Assembly: GCF_009914755.1 (NCBI RefSeq)
Contig: NC_060947.1
DNA length: 64,000 nucleotides
Origin: the human T2T-CHM13v2.0 reference genome, Homo sapiens
Reading direction: 5' to 3' (one strand)
The notes beneath the pieces are model-generated. The model was not told the DNA's origin and made no database searches. It saw only the letters and a list, made by a program, of their open reading frames with translations. Position 1 is the first letter of the stretch. Every line of letters starts with the position of its first letter. Below are positions 30,377 to 42,833 of the stretch, one piece after another. A program made the position numbers and the translations under genes.

Positions 30377-30951
30377 CTTTGTGGTTTTATCTACCTTTGG
30401 TCTTTGATGATGGTGACGTACAGATGGGGTTTTGGTGTGGATGTCCTTTCTGTTTGTTAGTTTTCCTTCTAATAGTCAGGACCCTCAGCTGTAGGTCTGT
30501 TGGAGTTTGTTGGAGGTCCACTCCAGACACTGTTTGCCTGGGTATCAGCAGTGGAGGCTGCAGAACAGTGGATCTTGGTGAACAGCAAATGTTGCTGCCT
30601 GATGGTTCCTCTGGAAGTTTTGTCTCAGAGGAGTACCCGGATGTGTAAGGTGTCAGTCTGCCCCTAGTGGGGGGTGCCTCCCAGTTAGGCTACTCAGGGG
30701 TCAGGGACCCACTTGAAGAGGCAGTCTATCCGTTCTCAGATCTCAATTTGCATGCTGGGAGAACCACTACTCTCTTCAAAGCTGTCAGACAGGGACATTT
30801 AAGTCTGCAGAGGTTTCTGCTGCCTTTTGTTTGGCTATGCCCTGCCCCCAGAGGTGGAGTCTACAGAGGCAGGCAGGCCTCCTTGAGCTGCAGTGGGCTC
30901 CACCCAGTTCGAGCTTCCTGGCCGCTTTGTTTACCTACTCAAGCCTCGGCA

Positions 30952-31413
30952 ATGGCGGGCGCCCCTCCCCCAACCTCTCTGCCGCCTTGCAGTTTGATCT
31001 CAGACTGCTGTGATAGCAATGAGCGAGGCTCCGTGGGCATAGGACCCTCCGAGCCAGGCACGGAACACAATCTCCTGGTGTGCCATTTGCTAAGACCATT
31101 GGAAAAGCGCAGTATTAGGGTGGGAGTGACCCGATTTTCCAGGTGCCATCTGTCACCCCTTTCCTTGGCTAGGAAAGGGAATTCCCTGACCCCTTGTGCT
31201 TCCCGGGTGAGGCGATGCCTCGCCCTGCTTCGGCTCACACTCAGTGCACTGCACCCAGTGTCCTGCACCCACTGTCCAACACTCCCCAGTGAGATGAACC
31301 CGGTACCTCAGTTGGACATGCAGAAATCATTCGTCTTCTGCGTCGCTCACGCTGGGAGCTGTAGACTGGAGCTGTTCCTATTGGGCCATTTTGGCTCCAC
31401 CCCCGTCTCCTGA
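30952..31413 (+). CDS. L1 antisense ORF0-like open frame, 153 aa; expression unknown
   Basis: MAGAPPPTSLPPCSLISDCC..GPSEPG..RVGVTRFSR matches primate ORF0; stop codon lies in the TSD. Confidence 0.45.
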   Translation: MAGAPPPTSLPPCSLISDCCDSNERGSVGIGPSEPGTEHNLLVCHLLRPLEKRSIRVGVTRFSRCHLSPLSLARKGNSLTPCASRVRRCLALLRLTLSALHPVSCTHCPTLPSEMNPVPQLDMQKSFVFCVAHAGSCRLELFLLGHFGSTPVS

Positions 31414-31791
31414 ATTTTTATCTGGAGGCATTTTCAAGTATATTTCACAGAGATGAGGAAACCTGGTGACAGAGGCCAGAGCAGTGGTTTGAAACAGCGT
31501 CTGATCTGAATGAGCATGCAGGCACTTGCCATCGTTCCTCTTCCTAGTTCAATCCAGAGAAAGGTGATAAAATTCAGCTCCCAGCTTCTTCCTCAAGGAA
31601 AAAGGAATTGAACCACATATCTGGTACCCCAACTTGCCTGGCTGCTTCTGAAAGGACTGGATTCTAGCTCTCTTGTCTTGTGGCACTGAAAATACTTCAC
31701 ATATTCTAGTTTCTTGGGAGTCATTAAGGAAAAATACTATAGTTTAAATGAGTACAAAGGTTTGAGAAATACCAAGAATCTCTGATGGGGC

Positions 31792-33595
31792 TTAATCAGG
31801 GTGAATTGGCTCAAATGACAGAAATATAATTCAGAATATGGATAGGAATGAAGATGATCAATATTCAGGGGAATAGCAAAACCCAACTCAGGGAAATGAA
31901 CAATCACAATAAAATGGTGAGGAACTGAAGGATGAAATACCCAGTATAAAAAAGAACCTAAGTTATCTGATAGGACTGAAAAACACATTACAAACATTTC
32001 ACAATGCAATCACAAATATTAACAGCAAAATAGATGAAGCTGAGGAAATCTCGGAACTTGATTGGCTCTCTAAAATAAGACAGTGAGACAAAATTAAAGC
32101 CAAAAGAATAAAAAGGAATGAATAAACCTTTGAGAAATATGCAATTACGTAAAGAAGCCAAATCTATGAGTCATTGGTATTCCTGAATGGGACTGAGAGA
32201 AAGCAAACAACTTAGAACATGTATTTCAGGATATTGTCCGTGAAAACTTCCCTAACCTTTCTAGAGACACTGACAGTCAAATTCAGGAAATACAGAGAAC
32301 CCCTGCAAGATTCTGCACAAGAAGTTTATCCCCAAGACACATAATCATGAGATTTTTGAAGGATGAAATAAAAGAATGTTAAAGGAAACCAGAGAGAAAG
32401 GGAAGGTCATCTATGAAGGGAACCCCATCAGATTAACAGTGGACTTTTCAGCATAAACCCTCCAAGCCAGAAGAGACTGGAGGCTTATATAGAACATTCT
32501 TAAAAAAAAGTTCAATGAAGAACTTCATATTCATCTAAACTAGACATCTTAAGTAAAGGAAAAATAAGATCCTTTTCACATAAGCAAATGATGACAGAGT
32601 TTGTTACCAGCAGAACTACTTTACAAAAGATCTTGAAAGGAGCACTAAATATGGAAAGAAAAAACCATTACTAGCCACTAAAAAAATACACTTAAGTACA
32701 CAGATGAGTGACATTATAAAGCAACCACATAAACAAGCCATCATAATAACCAGCTAACAACAAAATGATAGGATTGAATCCACACATATCAATACTAACC
32801 TGAATGTAAGGCTAAGTTCCCCATTTAAAAGACACAGAGTGAAAACCTGAATAAAAAAGCAAGACTCAATGTTATGCTGTCTTTAAGAGATCCATCTCAT
32901 ATGCAGTGACACCCGTAGACTCAAATTAAAGAGATGGAGGAAAATTTAACAAGCAAATGGAAAACAGAAAAAAGCAGGGGTTGCAATACTAATTCAGACA
33001 AAACAGACTCTACACCAACAAGAATGAAAAAAGAAAAAGAAGGGCATGACATAATGGTAAAGGATGCAATTCAACAAGAAGACCTAACTATCCTAAATGT
33101 ATATGCACTCAACACAGTAGCACCCAGGTTCATAAAGCAAGTTCTTAGAGACCTACAAAGAGACTCAGGCTCCCACATAATATTACTGGGAGACTTCAAC
33201 ACTCCACTGATAGTACTAGATAGATCATCGAGGCAGAAAACTATCAAAGATATTTAGGACATTAACTCAACTCTAGACCAAATGGATCTGATAGACTGCT
33301 ACAGAACTCTACACCCAAAACAACGGAACATACATTTTTCTCATCACCACATAGCACATACTCCAAAATTAACCGCACAAGTGGATATTAAATAATCCTC
33401 AATAAATGCAAAAGAACTGAAAACATACCAAACACACTCTTGTACCACAGCACAATAAAAATAGAAATCAAGGCTGGGCGCAGTGGCTCATACTTACAAT
33501 CCCAGCACATTGGGAGGCTGATGCTGGAGGATTGCTTGAGCTCAGAAGTTTGAGACCAGCCTGGGCAACATGGCAAAAAGCCATCTCTACAAAAA

Positions 33596-33644
<49 letters not shown>

Positions 33645-35015
33645 AGCTGGGCATGGTGGCATGTGCCTGTAGTCTCAGCTACTCTGGAAGCTGAGGTGGG
33701 AGGATTGCTTGAACCTAGGAGGCCAAAGTTGCCCTGAGCCAGATTCGCACCACTGCACTCCAGCCTGGGTGATAGAGTGAGACCCTGTCTAAAAAAAAAC
33801 AAAAAAACAAAACAAAACAAAAAACCCCAGAAACCACAAATAAAAAATTGCTCAAAACCATGCAATTACATGGAAATTAAACAACCTGCTTCTCAATGAC
33901 TTCTTGGTAAATGATGGAATTAAAGCAGAATCAAGAATTTGTTTGAAACTAATGAAAACAAAGATACAACATACCAGAATCTCTGGCACACAGTCAAAAC
34001 AGTGTTAAGGGGAAAATGTTTAGCACTGGGCCCCCACATCAAAAAGTTAGGTCTCCAACAACCTGACATCATAGCTGAAAGAACTAGAGAAGCAAGAGCA
34101 AACCAACCCCAAAGCTAGCAGAAGACAAGAAATAACCAAAATCAGAGCTGAACTGAAGGAGATCCAGACAAGAAAACAAAATTCAAAAGTTTAGCAAACT
34201 CCTAAGCTGTTTTTCTGAAAAATTAATAAGATAGGTAAAACCGTAGGTAGCCTAGTAAAAAGGAAAAGAGAGAAGACCCAAATAAACACAATATGAAACA
34301 ACAAAAGGGATATTACCACTGACACCACAAAAATACAAACAACTACGAGAGACTATTGTGAACACCTCCATGCATACAAACTAAAAATCCTAGAAGAGAT
34401 GAATGAATTCCTGGACATATACACCCTCCCAAGACTGAACCAGGAAGAAATTGATTCCCTGAACAGACCAATAACGAGCTCCAAAATTAAATCAGTAATA
34501 AACAGCCTGCCAACCAATAAAAACCCAGAAACAGACAGATTAACAGCCAAATTCTATCAGATGTACAAAGACAAGTTGGTATTATTGCTACTGAAACTAC
34601 TCCAAAAAACGAAAACAAAAACAAACCAAACCAAAACAAAAAAACCTGAGGAGGAGGGATTCCTCCCCAACTCATTCTATTAGGCCAGCATCATCCTAAT
34701 ACCATAAACTGGCAGGGACACAACAACAGCAAAAAACACAGCCATATTATCCTTAGCAAACTAACACAGGAACAGAAAACCAAATATCGCATGTTCTCCC
34801 TTATAAGTGAAAGGTAAATGATGAGATTACAAGGACACAAACACAGGAGCAACAGATACTGTGAAAAGAGGGAGAGGAGCAGAAACAATAACTCTTGGGT
34901 ACTAGGCTTAGTACCTGATGGACAAAATAATCTGTACAACAAACCTCCATGACATGAATTTGCCTATATAACAAACCTGCACCTAAGTACCCCTGAACCT
35001 AAAAGTTTTAAAATA
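31792..35015 (+). mobile_element. L1PA13-15-like element (ORF1, 5' half of ORF2, then a jump to the 3' end at ~34740)
   Basis: ORF2 fragments (IQQEDLTILNVYA.., [18 protein letters not shown]); 3' end gggtactaggcttagtacctg..ccctgaacctaaaag. Confidence 0.88.
33472..33824 (+). mobile_element. AluJ with (CA)~21 in the middle A-rich linker (33598-33640)
   Basis: ggaggattgcttgag and gcctgggcaacatggc AluJ diagnostics. Confidence 0.93.
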
Positions 35016-35479
35016 ATAATAATTTTTTATTTTTAATTTTTATTTGAGAATTAATTTTAAGACAAAAATGACATCTTCCTTTTGGTTTTTAACATGTTGA
35101 AGTAAAATACACAACAATAATAGCACAAAGTATGAGAGTGGGAAAATAGAAATACACTATTTTAGGTTCTCATATTATATGTGAACTTATCTGAGATTAT
35201 TTGAACAGATAATGTAATAGCTTACAATAGGTTAAGTCTCAAGCAGCTAATTAAAAAGAAAAATAATAAACCAAGTAGGTATGGTCTATAAGCCAAAAAA
35301 AAATTGCCAAATTAATGATAAACATTATACATAGTAAAAAAAAAAAACAGAAAACCATTTTGGAAAAATATGATAGATACCACTAGAAATCTCATTATGT
35401 CTATGACACACAAAGTTTATAAAATAAATACTTGTCACACATAAAAATATTTTTTTCTAATTTTCTTTACTGATTTGCA

Positions 35480-36580
35480 AAGTATGAATCAGCGTCCTGT
35501 ATACATATCATACATATATCTTGAAGAACTTCTAGATTACATGTTTTATTTATCACTGAAAACCCATGGTACAAGAGAAAAAAATTAAAATTCTCATTTA
35601 ATCAATGATTCTTTTGTAACCAATATTAAGACAAGAATATTTTCATTAAGAGTATCTGTGATGGAGCTAGTGCTAGTTTGTTATGACAGTAAAGTAGCAC
35701 TTGAAAATAATTTCACAAACTGCTTTAATCACATAAATCCCTTATACCTCCTGAAGTTGATCCGGTGAAAATTATGAAACTAATCAAATAGTGGCCAATG
35801 AATGGATTTTTTTGGTATGGTTTCTATAGAAATGGTAAAAATCATCTTTCACATAGTGATGTATGCTTGCTTTTAGGGAAAAAAATATGTACATAAGAGT
35901 TTTTGAAGGGAAAGATGAAATAAAATACTGTCTTCACACCAGAATAGTGGCACATTCAGTGTCTTGAACAGCCCCAAACCAATGATTTTATGGACAAAAT
36001 GGAATTAATTTATAATACTGTCGATAATGTATCAAAATATCTTAAAAAGAAATGGCTTGCAAAAAGATTACCAACAGCTTGGCTCTTTCTCCAAATCTAA
36101 ACATCTTCCTCACTCACTGCAGAAGGAAACTGATAGCATATCATTAGGCATAGTTAAAACCGACATTTAAATGCTGTAACAGAACATGTTGAATATTTTT
36201 CAGAGCCAAATAAAACCAGAAACTGGAATTGGAATCTATTCTCTGACATCTAAGTTGAAATATCCAACCTTCCAGCTGTTGAGTGTAATGTGCTTGTCAA
36301 GTTCACATCTAACGGTGCACTGATAATAGTTTTTATTCAGACATCTCTATATTATTCCTCAGTCTTCATTTCATCTTAATATTGAAGTGCATCCAAGAGA
36401 GCCATCAAATACTTGCTGCCATTTGCCAACACTCTATAATCGTGAATTCATGTTTTCTAATTTTAAATCAATAAAGACTAAGAAACTGACCATCTAGCTG
36501 TCTATCCATAAGTCAGATACAGATTTTTGGGTGAAAGACTCACATCTACAGATAAAAGACATTAAATGAGAGTTATTTAT
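35480..36580 (+). mobile_element. hAT (Charlie-like) DNA transposon coding relic; boundaries approximate
   Basis: 36401-36488 translates with one frameshift as AIKYLLPFANT/REFMFSNFKSIKTKK, resembling the hAT dimerisation motif LLPF.TTYLCE..FS....IKTK. Confidence 0.65.
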
Positions 36581-36629
36581 TTTGTTAATGGGGACATAAA
36601 TGATCAAAATTGATTTGTTCAATATCATT

Positions 36630-38130
36630 ATGCATGCTGTGTGTCAAAGGGACAAGAGGGTGGCAAGAATGTATGATCAGGTTGGATACTGTTTTCAGTG
36701 CTTTATGAAAATGATGCAGCAGAGATCGAGTTAAATAGGTAGAGTCAAGGCAAAGGTAGTAAACCTATGGTACATGGTGAGGATAAAGTGAAAGAGAAGA
36801 ATCAAATTAAGTCTCATGTTTTTGCTTTTGTAGGTAGTTTTACCTTTTACTGTAACTGGGAGCACAGGAGAAAAAGCAAGTTTCTGGTGACAGAAAAACT
36901 TTCTATTTTAACACATTGAGTCTGAGGGCTGTAAAAACAATGGGAAAATGCCCATTAGAAAGTTGTTTATATGAACCTGCTGTCCAGGAGAAAGATTTAG
37001 ATTGGAGAATAAGATTATGAAGTCATGAGATTATCTATGATAATTAAAACCATAGGTTTGATAACATCATTCATGAAGCATGTGACTGAAGTAAGTATAA
37101 GGCAGATATCTGAGGGACAACACATTTAGGGTTAAGGTAGAGGAGATATATCAAGAGAGTATAATGTCAAAGAAGTCAAGTGAAGAGTCTTTCAAGAAGG
37201 AAGGGGTACAGAATCAACTGAGGTGTTAGGTCATTCTTGCATTGTTATAAAGGAGTACATGAGATGGGGTAATTCATTTTTAAAAAGAGATTTATTGGGC
37301 TCGTTGTTCTGCAGGCTGTATGAACATGGTTACAACATCTGCTTGGCTTCTGTGGAGGCCTCAGGGAGCTTTTACTCGTAGCGGAATTTGAAGCAGGAAC
37401 AGGAAGGTCACATGGCAGGAACAGGAGCAAGAGAGAGAGGGAAGGTGCCACACACTATTAAGCACCCAGATCTCATGAGAACTCACTCAGTATTGCAAAG
37501 ACAGCACCAAGGGAATGGTGCTAAGCCTTTCATAAGAAATCTGCCCCCATGATCCCATCACCTCCTACCAGGCCCCACCTCTAACTTTGGGGATTAAAAT
37601 TCAACATGCGATTTAGAGGGGACAACATCCAAACTATATAAACTGAATAGTGTTAGAGAGCAATGAGGTGATATGAGGACTAAGAGCATCTGTTAGAATA
37701 AAATAGGGTTCATCTATGTTGATTTTGAGCAGTAGCTTTATAGTCATCGAAGTGGATTATAGTCTAGATTTGGTTGAGAAATGAATGGCCAGTGTATTGA
37801 AATGTAGACAGCTTTTTAGTGGAGAATTTTTTTCCTAAGAAGGACTGCATTAGGATTGACTGAGGTAGTGAGATCAAGAGGAAATTTTAAAAAAATTAAC
37901 ATGTACCTGCGGATGAGAACAGTTCAGTAGAAAAAGACAGATAGTAATACAAGAATGATGAAAAGGTGGGAGAGTGTGGAATCCCAAGCACAATTTGAAT
38001 GATATTATTTGGATGGGAGGAGGCATGCCTCTTCCATTCTAACTGGAGGGAATGAAAAAATAAAAGGTATGGACATCTCTAGATTTTCAGATGGTGAACT
38101 CATCTGCTCAGAGTCATATGTGATAGACAG
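36630..38130 (-). mobile_element. L2 relic, host of the MST LTR and the L1PA16-like element; probably continues at 45060-46560
   Basis: Purine-rich L2 body motifs (ggagaaagatttagattggagaataagatt..gtcat). Confidence 0.6.
37221..37640 (-). mobile_element. MSTB-like MaLR solo LTR
   Basis: ggaggcctcagggagcttttactc..cagatctcatgagaactcactca..caaactatat; TSD aactg at 37216-37220 / 37641-37645. Confidence 0.9.
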
Positions 38131-41100
38131 ACATGTTTTTCAACTTCTATTTTAGATACAGCTGGTAAGTGTACAGGTTGTTTGAGTTAGCATATTGTAT
38201 GATGCTCAGGTTTGGATTATAGATCCTGTCACCCTGGTAGTGAACATAGTATGGAAGAGGTAGTTTTTAAAATCTTATTCCCCTCCATACCTCCACCCTC
38301 TAGTAGTCCATAGTATCTTTTGTTCCCATGTTTATGTTCATAAGTGCTCAAAGTTTGCCTACCGCTTATAAGTGACAACATGTGGTATTTGGTTTCCTGT
38401 TGCTGCGTTAATTCACTTAGGATTATGGCCTCCAGGTATATCCATGTTGCTGCAAAGGGCATGGTTTCATTCTTTATATGGCTGTGTAGTATTCCATGGT
38501 GTATATGTACTGCATGTGGTTAACCAGTTATCACAGCACCATTTATTGAATAGAAAGTCTTTTTCCCATTTATTATTTTTGTTGATTTTGTCAAACATCA
38601 GGTGATTGTAGGTGCATGGCGTCATTTCTGATTTTTCTTTTCTGTTCTATCGCTCTGTATGTCTATTTTTGTATGTCTACTATGCTGTTTTGATTACAAT
38701 ATAGAGTACAGTTTGAGGTCAGGTAGTGTGATGCCTCCATCTTTGTTCTTTCTGCTTAGGATCACTTTCACTATTCAGACTCTTTTTTTGTTCTTGTTCT
38801 ACTAGTGAATTTTACACTATTTTTAATCTAATTCTATGAAGAATGATGCTGGTAGTTTGGCAGGCATAATGTTAAATTTGTAAATTGCTTTGGGCAGTAT
38901 AACCATTTTAATGATATTGATTCTTCCAATCCGTGAGCTTGGAATGTGTTTCCATTTATTTTTGTCATCTCTGATTTCTTTCAGCAGTATTTTGTAGTTC
39001 TCCTTGTAAAACTCTTTCAACTCCTTGGTTAGCTGTAGTCCTAGGTATTTCAATTTTTTTGTGGCTATTGTAAAGGTGATTGTGCTCTAGATCTGGCTTT
39101 CAGTCTGGACATTAATCATCGAAAGAAATGCTACTAATTTTGGTACATTGATTTCATGTCCTAAAACTTTACTAAAATCATTTATTTGTTTTAAGAACCT
39201 CCTGGCAGAGTCTTAAGCATTTTCTAGGTATAGAATAATATCAGTGAAAAGAGATACTTTGACTTTTTTTTTTCTATTTAGATGCCTTTTATGTCTTTCT
39301 CTTGCCTGATTGCTCTGGCCAGGACTTCCAGTACTATGTTGAATAGGAGTAGTGAGAGTGGGCATCCTTGTCTTGTTCTATATCTCAAGTGGAATGCTTC
39401 CAGCTTTTGTCCATTTAATATGATGTTGGCTGTGGGTTTGTCATAGATGGTTCTTAATATTTCAAAGTATATTCCTTTCATGCCTAGTTTGTTGAGTTTT
39501 TTTTTTTTAATCATGATGGGATGTTGGATTTTATCAAAAGCTTCTTCTACATCTATCGAGATGGTCATATCATTTTTGCTTTTAATTCTATTCATTTGGT
39601 TAATCATATACATTGATTTGCATATGTTTTAGGTAACCTTTCATCCCAGGAATAAAGGTGACTTGATCATGGTGAACTAACTTTTTGATGTGCTGCTGGA
39701 ATCACTTTTCTACTATTTTTGTTGAGAATTTTTGGGTCTATTTTCATCAGGGACATTGGTCTGAAATTTTCTTTTTTCATTGTCTTTGACAGATTTTGGT
39801 ATCAAACTGATGCTGCCTTCACAGAATCAGTCGGAGGAGCACCTCATCCTCGATTTTTTGGAATAATTTAAGTAGAATTTGTACCAGTTCTTCTTTATAT
39901 GTCTAGTAGAATTCAACTTTAAATCCAAACAACAAAACAAAAATTTTTTTGGTAGATATTTTTATTGCTGATTCAATTTCAGAGCAAGGTATTAGTTTAT
40001 TCAGGGTTTCAATCTCTTCCTGATTCAATCTTGGGAGATTATGTGTTTCCAGAAATTTATTCATTTCCTCTAGATTTTCTAAAATGTATGCATAGAGTTG
40101 TTTAAAGTAGTCTCTGAGGATCTTTCATATTTCTGTGGGATAAATTGTAACATCATCTTTGTCGTTTCTGATTGTATTTATATGGATCTTCTCTTTTTTC
40201 TATGTTAATCTTGCTAGCGGTCTATCAATCTTGTTTATTGTTTCCAAAAAACAAACCTTTGGTTTTATTGATCCGTTTTTGGATATTTGCATCTCAACTT
40301 TATTCAGTTTTCTAACTTCAGTTATTTGTCTTCTGCTACTTTGGGGTTGGTGTGTTCTTTTGTTTCTAGTTGCTTTAGGTGCAAAGTTAGATTATTAATT
40401 TGAGATCTTTCTAATTTCTCAATAAAGGAATTTTAGGGCTGATGTTCCTCTTACCATTGTTTTAGTTGCATCCCAGAGATTTTCGTAAGTTGTTTCCCTA
40501 TTTTCATTAATTTCAAATAATTTTTCAATTCCTGCCTTAATTTCCATGTTCACTCAGGAGTTATTCAGGGGTAAAGTGTTTAATTTCCATGTATTTGTGT
40601 AATTTTGGGAGATCTTCTTTATATTGATTTCTGTTTTTATTGCACTGTGGTCTGAGTCTGTCTTTGGTATGATTTCAATTTTTTGAAACTATTGACACTT
40701 GCTTTATGACTAAGCATATAGTTGACCTTAGAATATGTCTTATGTACGGATGAGAAGAATCTGTATTCTGTGGTTGTTGGTTGGAGTGTTCTGTTTATAT
40801 CCATTAGGTACAGTTTGTCAAAGGTCAAGTTTAAATCTAGAGTTTCTTTGTTAGTTTTCTTCCTCAGTTAACTGTCCAGTGCTGTCAGTGTGATGTTAAA
40901 ATCTGCCACTATTATTCTGTGGTTGAGTCTTTTTGCCTGCGAAGAAAAACTTGTTTTATGAGTCTGAGCACTCCAATGTTAGGTATGTATAGACTTACGA
41001 TAGTTAAGACTTCTTGTTTGATTTTACTCTTTATCATTATTTAATTCCTTTTTTTTTGCCCTTCTTAATTTTTATTGCTTTAAAGTCTGTTTTGTCTTAT

Positions 41101-41507
41101 ATAATATTAGTAACTACTGCTCTATTTTGTTTTCTGTTTGCATGCTAGATCTTTCTCCATCCATTTACTTTGAGCCTGTGGGTGTGGTTGTATGTAAGAT
41201 GGGTCTCTTAAAGACAGAAGAAGTTTGGTTCTTGTCTTTTTTATTCAGCTAATCATTCTGTGTCTTTTAAAAGGGGCATTTATCGTCTTTAAGTTTAGAG
41301 TTAGTACTGATATGAGAGATTTTAATCCTATAACTGTGTTTTTGGCTGATTGTTATGTAGATTTGACTGCATAGTTTCTTTATAGTGCCTGTAGGCTGTG
41401 TGCTTAAATGTGTTTGCCTGGTAGCAGGTCTCATTCTTTCAATTCATTGTTTAGCACTCCCGTAAGGAACTCTTGTAAGGCTAGTCGATTTGAAACAAAT
41501 TCTCTAA

Positions 41508-42801
41508 ACCCTCCAATACTGTTGGTGTCATGTGAATTATTACAACCACTATAAAGAACAGTTTGGAGGTTCCTAAGCAAACTAAAAATAGAGCTATTAT
41601 ATGACCCAGCAATCCCACTCCTAGATATGTACCAAAAGAAAGGAAATTAGTATATCAAAGACATATCTGCACTCCCATGTATATTGCAGCACTATTCACT
41701 ATAGCCAATATTTGGAAACAACCTAAATTTCCACCAACAGATAAATGGATAAAGAAAATGTACATATACACAATGGAGTACTACTCAGCCATAAAAAAGA
41801 ATGAAGTCCTGTCATTTGCAAAAACATGGATGGAACTGGAAGTCATTATGTTAAGTGAAATAACCTAGGCACAGAAAGACAAACTTTACATGTTCTCATT
41901 TATTTGTGATGAAGCAGAAGATATAAAAAGAAAAACAAGTTTTCCTGTACTAGGCTGACTCCCTCCAAGACCCAGGGAGGGGCAGGGATCTGTCAAGGCT
42001 TTGATAGCATTATCTGCAGAGCTGGGGCACAGAAGGGATGGGCTTCAGAGTCTCTCCCTCCCATCCTGGAGCAAGGTTGGGAAAAACAAGTTTTTCTCTT
42101 TCAGCTTCCCCCTTACCTGCTTACTGTTCGCACAATTATCTTTGCAAGTTTTGTAAGTTCCTGTTTTTCCCTTCTGTGCAGCACAGTGAAGGTCACAAGA
42201 TATGCCTGAGTTGCAACACCTGGCTTGAGTTGTAAAACCTGTCACTGATAAACTGCCTTTGTTCTGCTTCTGTAAGCTTGGTTACCTGCCTTACAGGTTT
42301 CATGCCATTTTCAGATGTATGTATAAAAGTCAAGCCCTGTCTTTGTTTGGGGCTCAGCCTTTGGATGTTAATCTGCTGGGCTGATGGCCACCTAAATAAA
42401 ATCCTCCTGTTCCACCCGTTGGTCTCTCCCATCCCTTAATTCCCACAACATTTCGAGCTAAAATTTTAAACAATTGAATTCATGGAGATGGAGAGTAGAA
42501 GGATGGTTATCAGAGGCTGGGCCGGGTAGCAGAGGGTGGGAAGAAATGAGGATGATTAATGGGTATAAGAAATAGAAAGAATGAATAAGGTCTAGTATTT
42601 GACAGCACAAGAGGATGACTGTTGTCAAAAATAATTTAATTGCACATTTAAAAATAGCTAAAAGTGTATAATTGGATTGCATTTTAAAACACAAATGCTA
42701 GAGGTGATGGGCGATCCATTTACGCTGATCTGATTATTACACATTTCATGCCTGTATAAAAAATCTCATACCACAAATATATACACCTACCGTGAACACA
42801 C

Positions 42802-42832
<31 letters not shown>

Positions 42833-42833
42833 A
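41508..42833 (+). mobile_element. L1MA (L1MA1-3-like) 3' end nested in the L1PA16-like element
   Basis: [22 protein letters not shown] frame and L1MA 3'UTR; TSD gaaacaaattctctaa (41492-41507) / gaaacaaatttccttaa (42834-42850). Confidence 0.88.
41907..42450 (+). mobile_element. ERV1 (MER4-group, MER51/MER61-like) solo LTR nested in the L1MA
   Basis: TG...CA termini (..ttcccacaaca), TATAAAA at 42322, AATAAA at 42395; the L1MA 3'UTR resumes at gagctaaaa. Confidence 0.8.
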
